DNA of 63,308 nt, counting the filler, from an uncultured bacterium (GTDB lineage Bacteria; Latescibacterota; UBA2968), in NCBI GenBank assembly GCA_964471275.1. It is 5 parts of 5 records of this genome, joined end to end, with 100 filler letters (N's around TTAATTAATTAA, not from the genome) between each part and the next. Parts side by side here need not be neighbours in the genome. Positions count along the whole stretch, not along the records: positions 25,579 to 38,245 come from CAYYGZ010000144.1; positions 38,346 to 50,834 come from CAYYGZ010000146.1; 3 more parts are not named here. One strand, given 5' to 3'. The notes beneath the pieces were generated by a model. That model made no database searches. It saw nothing but the letters and a program-made list of their open reading frames with translations, and was not told where the DNA came from. Below are positions 29,045 through 39,971 of the stretch, one piece after another (positions within the stretch are counted from its first letter, which is position 1; each line of letters begins with the position of its first letter). A program made the translations under genes and the position numbers.

Positions 29045-29799
29045 GCGAGGGCAAGCTCCCAGACAGGTCCCTTCACATCCATTTCGAACTCGATGTGCTC
29101 GACAGGTGGTGCGGTCCTGTAGCGATGAATGCCGTGCAACGAACCGATGCCAACACGCTTGTCTACAAGTTTGGAGACAGATTCATCGAACTCGTGTTTG
29201 GTATAGACGTTCACGGTCCGGACATCATCCCACGTGAGCGCCAGCCCTTCGAGTCTCTTCTCCATCACGTCCAACATAAAGGCTGCCTTCTCCAGCACGC
29301 CTGCCTCCGAAACATCTCCGTATCGCACGATTGCATCCGGGTCGATCGAGCCCCCGCGCACCTCGCCACCACCTGCGATCACGAAACTGGGTTTCGCATC
29401 TGCGGTTGCAGGACGCGTGTATGAGAACGCGTACATGCTTTGCTCATCGGGGGCGTGTGCTACGGGAGAAACGTTCGTCCTGCCGACCGGGTTGATCTCA
29501 TCTTTCCGGAACACACCCATGGACAGGAGGCGACCAATGTAGGTCTCGTTGAAAGCATCGAATCCTCTGGCTGAATAAGGTCGGCTGCAGCGCAACTCGA
29601 CAGAGCAGAGGGCCGGCGGCTCGAGCCCGGCGGAAGCGAGATGGCGCCCCAGGAGATCGCAACCCTCCTGCCACGGGACCAGATTCGCAAACACCGCACG
29701 TACGATTTCGAAACCCTCGTGCGCTCTCACACCGCAGGAGAAAGCCGGTATACCGGGCAGGAAATCATAGTGACCTGCTTCGCATTCTTTCCTTTGCAT
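29041..29799 (-). CDS. CnbZ-like (2-amino-5-chloromuconate deaminase) RidA-fold protein
   Basis: GHYDFLPGIPAFSCGV, ELRC, FDAFNETY, NPVGRTNV, AFSYT, SFVIAGGGE, PPVEHIEFEMD; start uncertain. Confidence 0.72.
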   Translation of the reverse strand: MQRKECEAGHYDFLPGIPAFSCGVRAHEGFEIVRAVFANLVPWQEGCDLLGRHLASAGLEPPALCSVELRCSRPYSARGFDAFNETYIGRLLSMGVFRKDEINPVGRTNVSPVAHAPDEQSMYAFSYTRPATADAKPSFVIAGGGEVRGGSIDPDAIVRYGDVSEAGVLEKAAFMLDVMEKRLEGLALTWDDVRTVNVYTKHEFDESVSKLVDKRVGIGSLHGIHRYRTAPPVEHIEFEMDVKGPVWELALA

Positions 29800-30176
29800 A
29801 ATGGGAACACTCACATCCTTGAACACAGGGCGGAACCGTCGGACACGCTCGGTCATCGATCCCTCATCGGCGGTCTTCCGGCTGCCGATGGTGAATACTA
29901 GACCGCACCGCACCGATCGTCAAGCGACGAACGCTACCGCGAAGCCAGCTAAAGGTTGGCAAGACTTGTGACGAAGTCACCTAACGTTAGTTGCTGTTTT
30001 TTCAGAGGATTGACTTTGCACAAGGGTATTCCGATACTTTTTAGGAATGTTGGCGCTACTGGTCGGAACAAATTCTTGACACCCCTATAAGAATCTGTTT
30101 ATTGGCCGCGCTTCAAGTCGAACCACTCCACCATCCGTCTGCATAGGGCCGACTCACATCTCCGAGGTGACACCCC

Positions 30177-31040
30177 GTGGCGCGAGCAACCAGATCCGAC
30201 TTCGCAGGCGTTAAGGATTCCCTCCATCGATATCTGGAAGATGTTGCATCTTCCACCCCGCTCACTGCGGCCGAAGAGGTCTCTCTGGCCCAGCGCATCA
30301 AGAAGGGCGACCAGGAAGCACGCGCGCAGCTGATCGAGGCAAATCTCAGGTTTGTCATTACCGTTGCTCGTGAGTACCAGAACCAGGGCGTCCCTCTCGT
30401 CGACTTGATCAGCGCGGGTAACGTCGGGTTGATCACGGCGGCGGAACGTTTCGACGAAACCAAGGGCTTCAAGTTCATCTCCTATGCTGTCTGGTGGATC
30501 CGTCAGGCGATCCTGCAGACACTCGCTGAACATTCGCGAGTCGTCAGGCTGCCGCTGAACCGCGTGGACCTGCTTCGACGCATCGCGCGCTACACGAACA
30601 GCAAGCAACAGGAAACGTCCTCACGTCCACACGAGGAGGAGATCGCCGAGGAGTTGGGAATAACTGTCGAGCAGGTCATCGACACCCTCTCCACCGGCCA
30701 GCGCGTGCTATCGCTGGACGCAAAGTTCGGTGACGATGAAGAGAACAGCCTGCTGGAAGTCATGCCGGACACCAACACGGAGTCACCGGACAAGATGCTG
30801 CTGGAGAATTCTCTGACTACGGAGATAAGGGAAGCGCTTGAGTCGCTGGACGACCGTGAGCAGGAAGTCATCCGGCTCTACTTTGGCCTGACCGGTCAGG
30901 CAGAGATGACGCTCGAGGAAATCGGTCTGCGGTTCAAGCTGACGCGCGAAAGGGTGAGGCAGATCAAGGAGAAGGCCTTACGGAAGCTGCGCCACCCGAC
31001 ACGGGGTCGAAGGCTGATCCCCTATTCTGACCCATCCTGA
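30177..31040 (+). CDS. RNA polymerase sigma factor, RpoD/SigA family (short form, no region 1.1)
   Basis: ANLRFV, DLISAGNVGL, GFKFISYAVWWIRQAI, TLEEIG..LTRERVRQIKEKALRKLR. Confidence 0.95.
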   Translation: MARATRSDFAGVKDSLHRYLEDVASSTPLTAAEEVSLAQRIKKGDQEARAQLIEANLRFVITVAREYQNQGVPLVDLISAGNVGLITAAERFDETKGFKFISYAVWWIRQAILQTLAEHSRVVRLPLNRVDLLRRIARYTNSKQQETSSRPHEEEIAEELGITVEQVIDTLSTGQRVLSLDAKFGDDEENSLLEVMPDTNTESPDKMLLENSLTTEIREALESLDDREQEVIRLYFGLTGQAEMTLEEIGLRFKLTRERVRQIKEKALRKLRHPTRGRRLIPYSDPS

Positions 31041-31277
31041 AGGATCGCGGGTTCGGCGTGATCGAACCGACAGCCGGCTGCATATGGGGACAGGGAACCT
31101 ACCTGACACGCACGCTGTGTGAGAAGTACCTGAGCGGCCAGGCAACCTGTGAATCAACTGAAGGAGCAGGGACTGTCGTCACAGTTGCGATGAAGTCCCT
31201 GCTCTAGAACCGGCACCCAATCGGAGCAAGGATAGAAAGCGGTCCGGACCCAACAGGTAAACGGACGGCACGCAATC

Positions 31278-32675
31278 CTATGCAAGTTGCGAGACGATCG
31301 CCTTGAACTTCCATCCACGTTCCTCAAAATTCGAGAACATATCGAAGCTTGCAGACGCCGGTGACAGAAGAACCGTGTCACCCTGCTTGGCGCTTCTGCT
31401 CGCAAGCAGGACAGCATCCTCAAGACTCTCCACACGATCAACGACGGAACCGCTGACCGTATCCGCGATCCTGTCGGCCGTCTCACCGATCAGGATGACT
31501 CGCGCAACCAACTCCGAGATCAGCTTACCCAGTTCCGCGTAATCCAGCCCCTTATCGGATCCCCCGGCAATCAATACTAGGGGTCCCCTCAACGCTTCAA
31601 TCGCTACCCGCGTTCGTTCAGGACTCGTTGCAATCGAGTCATTGTAGTAAGAGACGCCGTCTACATCCCCGCAGTACTCAAGTCGATGCGCCACGCCCTG
31701 GAACGACGTCATCCCTTCCCCGATCAGATCGAGCGTGACACCCGCCTCCACAGCCGCGCAACCGGCGGCACAGGCGTTCGCTTGGTTGTGCTCCCCCGGG
31801 ATACACAGATCGCCGACCCGACAGATCTCGACCTGCTTCCCATCTGCCGAACAGACGATACAATCCCCATCCACAAAGACGCCTCGATCCCCGACACGGC
31901 CCACACCGAAACCGGACACCCTCGCCTCCGTACTCGCTGCCCAGGACGCTATCTCGTTGTCATCCGCATTCAGGATCGTCACATCATGCGAAGTCTGGTG
32001 GGCGATCAGCTGTTGTTTGCAGTGACGATAGTCCTCGATACCATCGTGTATGTTGAGATGGTTCGGCGCGAAGTTGGTGACGACTGCGATGTCCGGTCGC
32101 CATTCCGTCATCCCCAGATACCGAAGCTGGAAACTCGACAACTCCAGAACGGCCGTTGTGTGCGCGCTTGACGTGGGGAGTTGTTCGAGAAGTGACACAC
32201 CCATATTCCCTCCCACGAGCGTATCGGGTATCGCGTTCGAGATGATCTGCCCGAGGAGAGTCGTTGTCGTCGTCTTTCCGCTCGTACCGGTAACAGCGAT
32301 GGTCCTTCCCGGGAAACGCGCAGCAAAAAGCCCGATCTCTGTGGTAACGGGTACGCCGCCCCCGATCGAGGTCTGCAGGTATTCGGACCGGAACGGGATT
32401 GCCGGATTCGCAACCACAAGATCCGCCTCCCCGAAGTCGTCGCACTCGTGGCGTCCGAGCCTGAGCTCCAAATCAAGATCCGACAATTCCTGGAGAGAGG
32501 CTGCCAGCTGCATCTCGGTCTTCAGATCCGTAACCAGAACATCAGCGCCCTGCGCCACAAGGTAGCGCGCTGCGGCGGCTCCGCCCCCGAACAACCCGAG
32601 GCCCGCTACAAGAACGCGCTTCCCTCGAAGAGAAAGCGCGAAATCAGCCACTCCCCTTGTCCCGGCCTTGCTCAC
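31278..32675 (-). CDS. murD: UDP-N-acetylmuramoyl-L-alanine--D-glutamate ligase
   Basis: GLGLFGGG, VTGTSGKTTT, LELSSFQL, HRLE, YNDSIAT, LIAGGSDKG, LLSPASASFD. Confidence 0.96.
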   Translation of the reverse strand: MSKAGTRGVADFALSLRGKRVLVAGLGLFGGGAAAARYLVAQGADVLVTDLKTEMQLAASLQELSDLDLELRLGRHECDDFGEADLVVANPAIPFRSEYLQTSIGGGVPVTTEIGLFAARFPGRTIAVTGTSGKTTTTTLLGQIISNAIPDTLVGGNMGVSLLEQLPTSSAHTTAVLELSSFQLRYLGMTEWRPDIAVVTNFAPNHLNIHDGIEDYRHCKQQLIAHQTSHDVTILNADDNEIASWAASTEARVSGFGVGRVGDRGVFVDGDCIVCSADGKQVEICRVGDLCIPGEHNQANACAAGCAAVEAGVTLDLIGEGMTSFQGVAHRLEYCGDVDGVSYYNDSIATSPERTRVAIEALRGPLVLIAGGSDKGLDYAELGKLISELVARVILIGETADRIADTVSGSVVDRVESLEDAVLLASRSAKQGDTVLLSPASASFDMFSNFEERGWKFKAIVSQLA

Positions 32676-33697
32676 AGCTCCCTGCCCTCGAGCATGAAGA
32701 GTACGATCTCGATCATCGTGACCAGGTCCAGCGCGTTGTGGTGCAGGATATCGCGCATCTCGGTGGCGTTCCCGGTCCGAACGAACTCGTGATAGGCATC
32801 CGGGATCTCTGCACCCGGTATGTCACCAAGCCGCCCGCGCCCACAGATCGCCTTCTCGAGCGTTTGCAGCTTGCAGTTCACCAGCCGATCCTTGTACCGG
32901 CGGCGACCCTCGTGCAGCAGATCGATGTCCGCCAGCCCTTCCCGCAACCTGTATCCATAGTAGACCATCCGATCCCGGATATACGGGAGATCATATGACT
33001 TGCCGTTGAAGGTGACTACGGTCCGCGTATCGGCAAGGCGTTTCCACACCTGATACAAAAGGGCACCCTCTTCTGTGTAATCCCTCGCCAGGTATTGCTG
33101 AACGCGCAAGTCACCCTCCTCGACAACGACCAGGCCGACCAGGAACAGCGGTGTTCCGGGTGTGAAACCCGTCGCCTCGATGTCGACGAACACGAGCTCT
33201 GACGGCTCTGTTCCGGACAGCTCCTGAAACGTCCCAAAGTCATCGTGATTGACCGTTGCGTTCCCTCTGGTCTGATCGAGTAGCTTCAGGAACCGCTTCT
33301 TCAGCTCGGGACCGCGGAGGGGCATAAGCGCTTCGATCCCCTGGTCGATCAGGTAGAATCGCCCCGGCGGGACGGTCTTCTGTCGGCCATCCGCGACATC
33401 ATCCAGCAGAAGTCGGAGTCTCACGTCCGTTGCCGTCGCTTTCGCAACAAAGCTCGGCGGTGGGAGCTCGAGTGTTTCGGCCGCATCCGGTTCCCCCGCG
33501 GGGGCACGCACGGAGAACCAACTCTTGCGAATGGCAGAGCGCTTGAGCTCCGATATGCGAGATCTGAGGTTTGGTGGAATCAACGGAAAACCTGGCGCGA
33601 TACGTGTGGGTATGTGACCGGGAACAAGCGACGAAGACGACCGTAGCACAGGCGGGGAAGCCTGCTCAAACGTAGTCAGGATGTGAAACGGAGTCAA
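32672..33697 (-). CDS. ribonuclease H-like (YprB/MrfB-type DEDD exonuclease) protein
   Basis: FVDIEATG, TFNGKSYDLPY, DLLH..RR, HNALD; true start uncertain. Confidence 0.85.
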   Translation of the reverse strand: MTPFHILTTFEQASPPVLRSSSSLVPGHIPTRIAPGFPLIPPNLRSRISELKRSAIRKSWFSVRAPAGEPDAAETLELPPPSFVAKATATDVRLRLLLDDVADGRQKTVPPGRFYLIDQGIEALMPLRGPELKKRFLKLLDQTRGNATVNHDDFGTFQELSGTEPSELVFVDIEATGFTPGTPLFLVGLVVVEEGDLRVQQYLARDYTEEGALLYQVWKRLADTRTVVTFNGKSYDLPYIRDRMVYYGYRLREGLADIDLLHEGRRRYKDRLVNCKLQTLEKAICGRGRLGDIPGAEIPDAYHEFVRTGNATEMRDILHHNALDLVTMIEIVLFMLEGREL

Positions 33698-33786
33698 TTG
33701 GTGATCGGGGCACGTCGATCGGTCGTCTCAAACGTAACAACCACAGGACTGTGGGGCAAGACAGATCCTGGATAGTTCTCGACCTG

Positions 33787-35407
33787 ATGGCTGTGTATCC
33801 TTATTATACGCTCGTGAAAAACCGCAGACACATCTTTGCCCTCGCTCCTGCCCCGATCCTCGTGACAATGACCGGCTGCTTGGTCCCAGATCCTCGGGGT
33901 CAAGCGGCGAGCCACGATCAGTCAGTCACCTCCACACTGCAGCAAACCACTACGGCACCCGACCGACCGAATACTGCCGTCCTGGAATCGCGTGCCTCTA
34001 CCGAAGCCCCCCAGCTGGCGGGTCGCGTCGCCTCGAGAACGCTCCCAATTGTATCCGACAGACTGCCCGAGAACCTGCTGGCCTTCAGCCGACCGATGGG
34101 TGAATCGATCGGACCGAATCTCGCGGAAAGCTGGACATGCCTCGACAAGGGGGCGTGTCGCGGTCTTCAGACACCGCAAGGGTGTTCGCTGGTCAGATGG
34201 ACACCCCACGACGGCTGATGACGTGATGCTCTTCGACGAGAATGCCCGCGCAAGCGACCGCCCCACCCCGCCTCCCGACTTCCTGACCGGTGGCCAGCCG
34301 ATCCAACTCACAAGAGTGGACGAATACACCATCCGCTTCGAGTTGTTAAAGCCTATGGGGCGCCTGCTCAACGCACTGGGAGGAGCGGACCACGCGGGCC
34401 CAGCTGCCCTACGCCGATCGTCTGACCTTTACGATCATTGCCGATGGCCAGGTAACCCTCCTCAAGTTCATAAACGGCGAGATCGACCTGTTTGGCCGGG
34501 GTGTGGGATATAGCATGTATGAAAGCCTGCGCGCGCAGGAGGTGAACGGAAACTATCGTCTGCGATTGTCCGGCCCGGACTCGGGACCCGCATTCTACCT
34601 AAATTGGGACACCGAAAAAGCGCCTCTCCGACGCGCCTTCCGTGATCGTAGAGTCCGGATTGCCATGTCTCTGGCGATCAACCGCGAGAAAATTGGCGAG
34701 ATCCTATATCACGGACTGCTTGTCCCCTCAGGCTATGCCTTGCTGCCCAGCAGTCCCTACTTCGATAAAACGGCCTTCAAACGGTTCTCCGACTTCGGCC
34801 CTGATTCGGCCAACGCGATCCTTGACCGCGCGGCTATCCCGACGCTGACGAAGGCGGCTGGCGCGACCTCGGGGATGGATCCCGCATCGAGTTCGTGCTC
34901 GACGTCTCGAGCAACAACAACACCTCGGATACCTGTGAGCTCATCACGGACTACTGGGCAGCGATCGGCACCAAAGTCAACCTCTACTCCGCTCTGCGGG
35001 ACATCATCTGGCCGCGTCGTTTCAACGGTGAGTTCGATGTGCATCATTGGGGACTCGAGGAACCTGACGATCCGCTCGGGCGGTTAAGTGACTGGGCGAT
35101 CACGGGACCGCAGACACCGTTCTGGCATCGTGAGGCCTTTCGGGACACGACGACCTGGCTGGCGGAGGCGACAGAGCATCTGCTGCTTGCCCAGTCGGTG
35201 ATCGACGCGTCCATCCGTCGCGTGCATTTGAACCTCGCCCGCGACCTTCACGTCGACAACGTCCCTGTGATCGTGGTGGGATCGATCTACCGACCCTGGG
35301 GTGCGAATACGAAGTTGGGGGACGTGCCGAACGACATCATTTTCGACGGTGCGCAGGGCGCCTGGGGGCGGCCGGTCTTTCACGAGCAGATATTCATAAA
35401 GCAATAG
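33787..35407 (+). pseudogene. decayed family-5 ABC substrate-binding protein, paralog of the downstream gene
   Basis: Pieces in four reading-frame segments (DRLPEN; KGVRWSDGHP; QLPYADR..FYLNWD; RDIIWPRR..WGRPVFHEQ) are collinear with 35510-37441, with internal deletions. Confidence 0.85.
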
Positions 35408-35509
35408 AGTCCAGGAACCTGGAACGCAGAGATCGCTGAGGGCAGAACGAGAAGAACGACTCGGCTCGGTTATGAAGGTGTGGCGCGGTCAACACGATAG
35501 AGGACGCGA

Positions 35510-37441
35510 ATGGTATCGAAGTATAGATGGATGATTCTGACGGGAATCCTGTTACTCAGATGCCTGCCTTCGGATCCAGAACGAAGTGAGCAACGCCAAA
35601 TTACGGGGAAGGTCGACGAAGTTGCCGTGGTCGTGACACGTGCCCCCGCTGCCCTCGACCCCGTAATTCTCCAGGACCGACAATTTGGTGAGGCACCGAT
35701 ACTTGCCGCGCGTGTTCAGAGCGGCGAGCTTCCGCCTGTCAGAGATCGTCTCCCCGAAAACCCTCTGGTTGTCGTTCCGCTTGAGGAGATCGGCCAGTAT
35801 GGGGGATCCCTTCGCCGCGCGCTCACAGGGGACATCATCCAGACCGCCGGCGCAAACAAGACGCTGAGCGACGGCTTGATGGGGTACGAACGTCCGCTGC
35901 CCAAAAGCATTCAGTACAACCTGGCCGAGCACCACACGTTCAGCGAAGATGGGCGAAGCGCCACTTTCAGAATCCGTAAAGGAATTCGATGGTCCGACGG
36001 CCATCCCTTCACCGTCGATGACATCCTGTTCTGGTACTACGATACCCAGTTCGATGACAATGCGCGCCCGCACAACCAGCCGATCCCGCCCACGGTCTTC
36101 ACGGTCGACAGCAAACCGATCCGGCTGGAGAAGATCGACGACTACACGCTTCGAGCCAGTTCTCCCAAACCCCTAGGGAGAATCCTGAACGCGTTCTGCT
36201 CTGACATCGTCGCACGCCCCAAGCACATTATGTCAAAGTGGCACCCGAAGTATAACCCGGAGGCGACCTACGACGACTTCAAGGAACGGGCGACCGATGC
36301 CCGGATGATCTACGAACCTGGGATCCCCAGGCTCAGCGCCTGGGTGCCTGTCGAGTGGATCCGGGGTCAGCGCATCGTGTATGAACGGAACCCTTACTAC
36401 TGGAAGGTAGACTCTGCGGGCAATCAGTTACCCTACGCAGACCGATTGATCTTCAACATCATCCCGGATCCACAGGTCATCCTGCTCAAGTTTATCAATG
36501 GGGAGCTGGATCTGTTCGGTCGCTACTCGCGTATCGATATGTTCCCGACACTCAAGGCGGAAGAATCGAGCGGCAAGTTCAAGGTCGTCATCGTCGGTCC
36601 CGGACGCGGTCCCTCGTTCTACCTGAACTGGGATGCGCCCCGGGACAACGCGCGCGCGGCATTCCGTGACAAAAAGGTACGAATCGCTATGTCCCACGCG
36701 ATCAACCGCGAAGAAATCAACAACATCATTTACCACGGGCTGCTTGTCCCGTCCGGCTACACGTTCGGGAAGCAGAACCCCTATTTCTCGGAGGAAGCCT
36801 TCCAGAAATACACACGCTTCGACCCATCCTATTCGAACCAGCTTCTGGATGAGGGTGGCTACGCCGACACGGACGAAGACGGGTGGCGCAACTTCCCAGA
36901 TGGTTCGCGGTTTGAAATCACGATCGATGTGCGGGGACCCGGTGTCGAAGTCGACATCTGCGAACTCGTCCAAGCGCAGTGGCAGGAGGTCGGTATCAAG
37001 ACCAACCTGAACATCTCTCTTCGGGACATCATCTGGCCACGCCGTCTGAACGGCGAATACGAGATCCATCACTGGGGGCTCGAGGGGCCCGATGACCCAC
37101 TTGGCAGACCTCAGGACTGGGCGATGATGGCGTCAACAACGCCTTTCTGGCACCGAGAGAATTCGAAGCATCGCGAGACCGAATGGCTGATCGAGGCAAC
37201 CAAGCATATCAAGTCGGCCATGACTTCGATCGATCCGGACCAGATTCGCCAGCATATGGAAGCTGCCCGGGAACTGCACACGGACAACGTTCCCATCATT
37301 GTCGTCGGATCCCCCTATCACGTATGGGGTGCGAGCTCGAGACTCGGGAACGTGCCGACCGACGGGACGGGTGCCGACGTCTTCCGAGGGTGGGGTCGTC
37401 CAGTGTATCACGAACAATTGTTCTTCAGAGAGGCCCCGTAG
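35510..37441 (+). CDS. ABC transporter substrate-binding protein (family 5)
   Basis: Signal/lipoprotein N-terminus, LPPVRDRLPENP, IGQYGG, WSDGHPFTVDD, ERNPYYWKVD..GNQLPY, AINREEI. Confidence 0.93.
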   Translation: MVSKYRWMILTGILLLRCLPSDPERSEQRQITGKVDEVAVVVTRAPAALDPVILQDRQFGEAPILAARVQSGELPPVRDRLPENPLVVVPLEEIGQYGGSLRRALTGDIIQTAGANKTLSDGLMGYERPLPKSIQYNLAEHHTFSEDGRSATFRIRKGIRWSDGHPFTVDDILFWYYDTQFDDNARPHNQPIPPTVFTVDSKPIRLEKIDDYTLRASSPKPLGRILNAFCSDIVARPKHIMSKWHPKYNPEATYDDFKERATDARMIYEPGIPRLSAWVPVEWIRGQRIVYERNPYYWKVDSAGNQLPYADRLIFNIIPDPQVILLKFINGELDLFGRYSRIDMFPTLKAEESSGKFKVVIVGPGRGPSFYLNWDAPRDNARAAFRDKKVRIAMSHAINREEINNIIYHGLLVPSGYTFGKQNPYFSEEAFQKYTRFDPSYSNQLLDEGGYADTDEDGWRNFPDGSRFEITIDVRGPGVEVDICELVQAQWQEVGIKTNLNISLRDIIWPRRLNGEYEIHHWGLEGPDDPLGRPQDWAMMASTTPFWHRENSKHRETEWLIEATKHIKSAMTSIDPDQIRQHMEAARELHTDNVPIIVVGSPYHVWGASSRLGNVPTDGTGADVFRGWGRPVYHEQLFFREAP

Positions 37442-37636
37442 CGCGTGCTTTCAGGCCACACTCTGTTCCACGGATTTATGTTGTAAAGCGCCCGATGTCG
37501 ATTTAAATTGGCGCGCCGCTAAAAACACCGGCAAGTAGATTTTCATTGATCGTCCCTCGATAAGCGCCGGCTGAAGACCGGTCGGACTCGGGATAATCGG
37601 TTCATTCCTCTCGTGTTCACACCGCCTGAATAATAA

Positions 37637-38245
37637 ATGACCTCATACATCCTCAGACGCCTGCTACACATGATTCCGACGCTGATCCTGATATCGATGG
37701 TCAGCTTTGTCGTCATCCAGGCCCCTCCCGGCGATATGCTCACCTCTCGTCTGGCCGAACTCGCGGAACAGGGAGAACTCGGTTCCGAGAGCGCGATGCA
37801 GCAAATCGAAGCACTGCGTGAGCGATACGGGCTCAACGATCCGATTTACGTGCAGTACTTCCGATGGATCAGCAAAATCATCTTCGAGGGAGACTTCGGT
37901 CAGTCGTTCACGTACGAAATGGACGTGATGCAGCTTCTGGGCGAGCGACTCGGTCTAACGCTGATGTTGACCCTGTCCACGCTCGTCTTTACCTGGATCG
38001 TGGCCATCCCGATCGGGATCTACTCCGCAACCAAGCCATATTCGATGGGTGACTACGGATTCACCCTTATCGGATTCATCGGACTGGCGACTCCCAACTT
38101 CCTTCTCGCCCTGGTGATTATGTTCCTCCAGATCACGCTTCTGGAAACCGAGTCTGTTGGAGGTCTGCTCTCTCCGGAGTATATCGGCGCGGACTGGAGT
38201 TGGGCCAAGGTTGGTGACCTGCTCGCCCATATCTGGGTTCCTGTC
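37637..38245 (+). CDS. ABC transporter permease (DppB/OppB type), 3' truncated
   Basis: YILRRLL, YGLNDPIYVQYFRW, GDFGQS, ATPNFLLAL. Confidence 0.92.
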
Positions 38246-38345
38246 NNNNNNNNNNNNNNNNNNNNNNNNNNNNNNNNNNNNNNNNNNNNTTAATTAATTA
38301 ANNNNNNNNNNNNNNNNNNNNNNNNNNNNNNNNNNNNNNNNNNNN
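38246..38345. other. artificial scaffold-joining spacer
   Basis: N44-TTAATTAATTAA-N44. Confidence 0.99.
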
Positions 38346-39971
38346 ATCTTCAGCTTTCTACCGCTTGGTTTTCGGGTCAAGCAGAAGATCGAGCAGATTC
38401 TGCGGGAGGAGATGCAGGCCATCGACTGTGTCGAGATTGTGATGCCTGTCGTCCATCCCTCTAGCATCTGGGAAGCGAGCGGACGCTGGGACGATGTTGG
38501 CGATGAGATGATGCGCATGCAGGACCGTGCGGGCCGGAACATGTGTCTGGCGATGACGCACGAAGAGGTGATGGCCGATCTCGCGCGTCACTTTGTACGC
38601 AGCTACAAGCAACTGCCCACAAGCGTCTTTCAGATTCAGACGAAGTTTCGGGACGAACCCAGGAGTCGAGGGGGTCTGATCCGTGTCCGCGAGTTTACGA
38701 TGAAGGACGCCTACAGCTTCAGCGCAGACCAGGATGGCCTGGACAAGATCTATGATGACATGTTCAAAGCTTACATGATGGTCTTCAATCGGGTCGGGCT
38801 GGGAGATGCAGTTCGTGTCGTTGAGAGTGACACAGGGATGATGGGCGGGACGGGCGCACACGAGTTCATGTTCCTGAACGAGCACGGGGAGGATACGCTG
38901 CTGTTCTGTGAAGGATGTGGTTACAAGGCAAACCGGCAGGTCGCGACACACACGCGAGATGCCGTCACCAAGTCAACCCCGGAAACGATCGAAGAGGTGG
39001 AAACACCGGATACTACGACGATCGAGGATCTGACTCGGCTGCTCGGAATCAATGCGGCACAGACCGCAAAGGCGGTCTTCCACGTGGCCACGATCGGTGG
39101 GGAGAATCGTTTTGTGTTCGCCGTCGTTGGAGGAGACCACGAGCTGAATGAGACGAAGCTCACAAATGCTTTGCAAGCCACCGAGATGCGTCCGGCTACG
39201 GAGGAAGAGATAAAGGCAGTCGGTTCTGAACCGGGATATGGTTCACCGATCGGGGTCAGCGACGACGTCACGATCGTTGTGGATCCTGCGATTGCGGAAG
39301 GTTCGAACTTTGTCGCCGGAGCGAACAAGGTTGGATTCCATCTCAAGAACGTGAACGCCGGACGGGACTTTGAGCCGGATATCGTGACGGATCTGGTTGC
39401 GGTCGAAGAGGGAATGGCGTGTCCGATGTGTGCTGATAAGCTGACCAGCGAACGCGGCATCGAGGTGGGCAATATCTTCAAGCTGGGAACCAAGTATACA
39501 GAAGCTGTTGGTGCAAACGTGCTGGACGAGGAGGGGAAAGCCCGCCCGGTGATTATGGGAAGCTACGGAATCGGTGTAGATCGTATGATTGCCTGTATTA
39601 TCGAAGCCTTCCACGATGAGAATGGAATCGTTTGGCCCGCAGCTGTCGCCCCCTTTCTCTGTCACATTGTGGTGCTCTCCGGCAAACAGCCGAAGGGCGA
39701 ATTCGAGGCGGCCGAGGATCTGAAGACACAGCTCGAAGCATCCGGTGTCGATGTGCTGATGGACGATCGTGACGAGCGTGCAGGCGTGAAATTCAACGAT
39801 GCAGATCTGATCGGCTGTCCGGTCAGGATCACGGTGGGTGCACGCGGTCTGGAGAACGGGACCGTGGAAGTGAAGCAGCGGAGTGCGGAAGACAAGGAGG
39901 ACGTCGCGCTGGGTGATGTGGTGGCGCACGTTTCAGGACTGGTGGGAATGAACCCGGACGAGGTTATATAG
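38346..39971 (+). CDS. proS: proline--tRNA ligase with INS editing domain, 5' truncated
   Basis: THEE, QIQTKFRDEPRSRGGLIRVREFTMKDAYSF, GIEVGNIFKLGTKY, MGSYGIG, GVKFNDADLIG. Confidence 0.97.
   Translation: MFSFLPLGFRVKQKIEQILREEMQAIDCVEIVMPVVHPSSIWEASGRWDDVGDEMMRMQDRAGRNMCLAMTHEEVMADLARHFVRSYKQLPTSVFQIQTKFRDEPRSRGGLIRVREFTMKDAYSFSADQDGLDKIYDDMFKAYMMVFNRVGLGDAVRVVESDTGMMGGTGAHEFMFLNEHGEDTLLFCEGCGYKANRQVATHTRDAVTKSTPETIEEVETPDTTTIEDLTRLLGINAAQTAKAVFHVATIGGENRFVFAVVGGDHELNETKLTNALQATEMRPATEEEIKAVGSEPGYGSPIGVSDDVTIVVDPAIAEGSNFVAGANKVGFHLKNVNAGRDFEPDIVTDLVAVEEGMACPMCADKLTSERGIEVGNIFKLGTKYTEAVGANVLDEEGKARPVIMGSYGIGVDRMIACIIEAFHDENGIVWPAAVAPFLCHIVVLSGKQPKGEFEAAEDLKTQLEASGVDVLMDDRDERAGVKFNDADLIGCPVRITVGARGLENGTVEVKQRSAEDKEDVALGDVVAHVSGLVGMNPDEVI

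Noticed and set aside
30010..30105. Promoters of the sigma factor gene (TTGACT at ~30010, TTGACA at 30076)
   Set aside because: Good -35 hexamers, but the -10 elements at proper spacing are weak, so I did not call them as features
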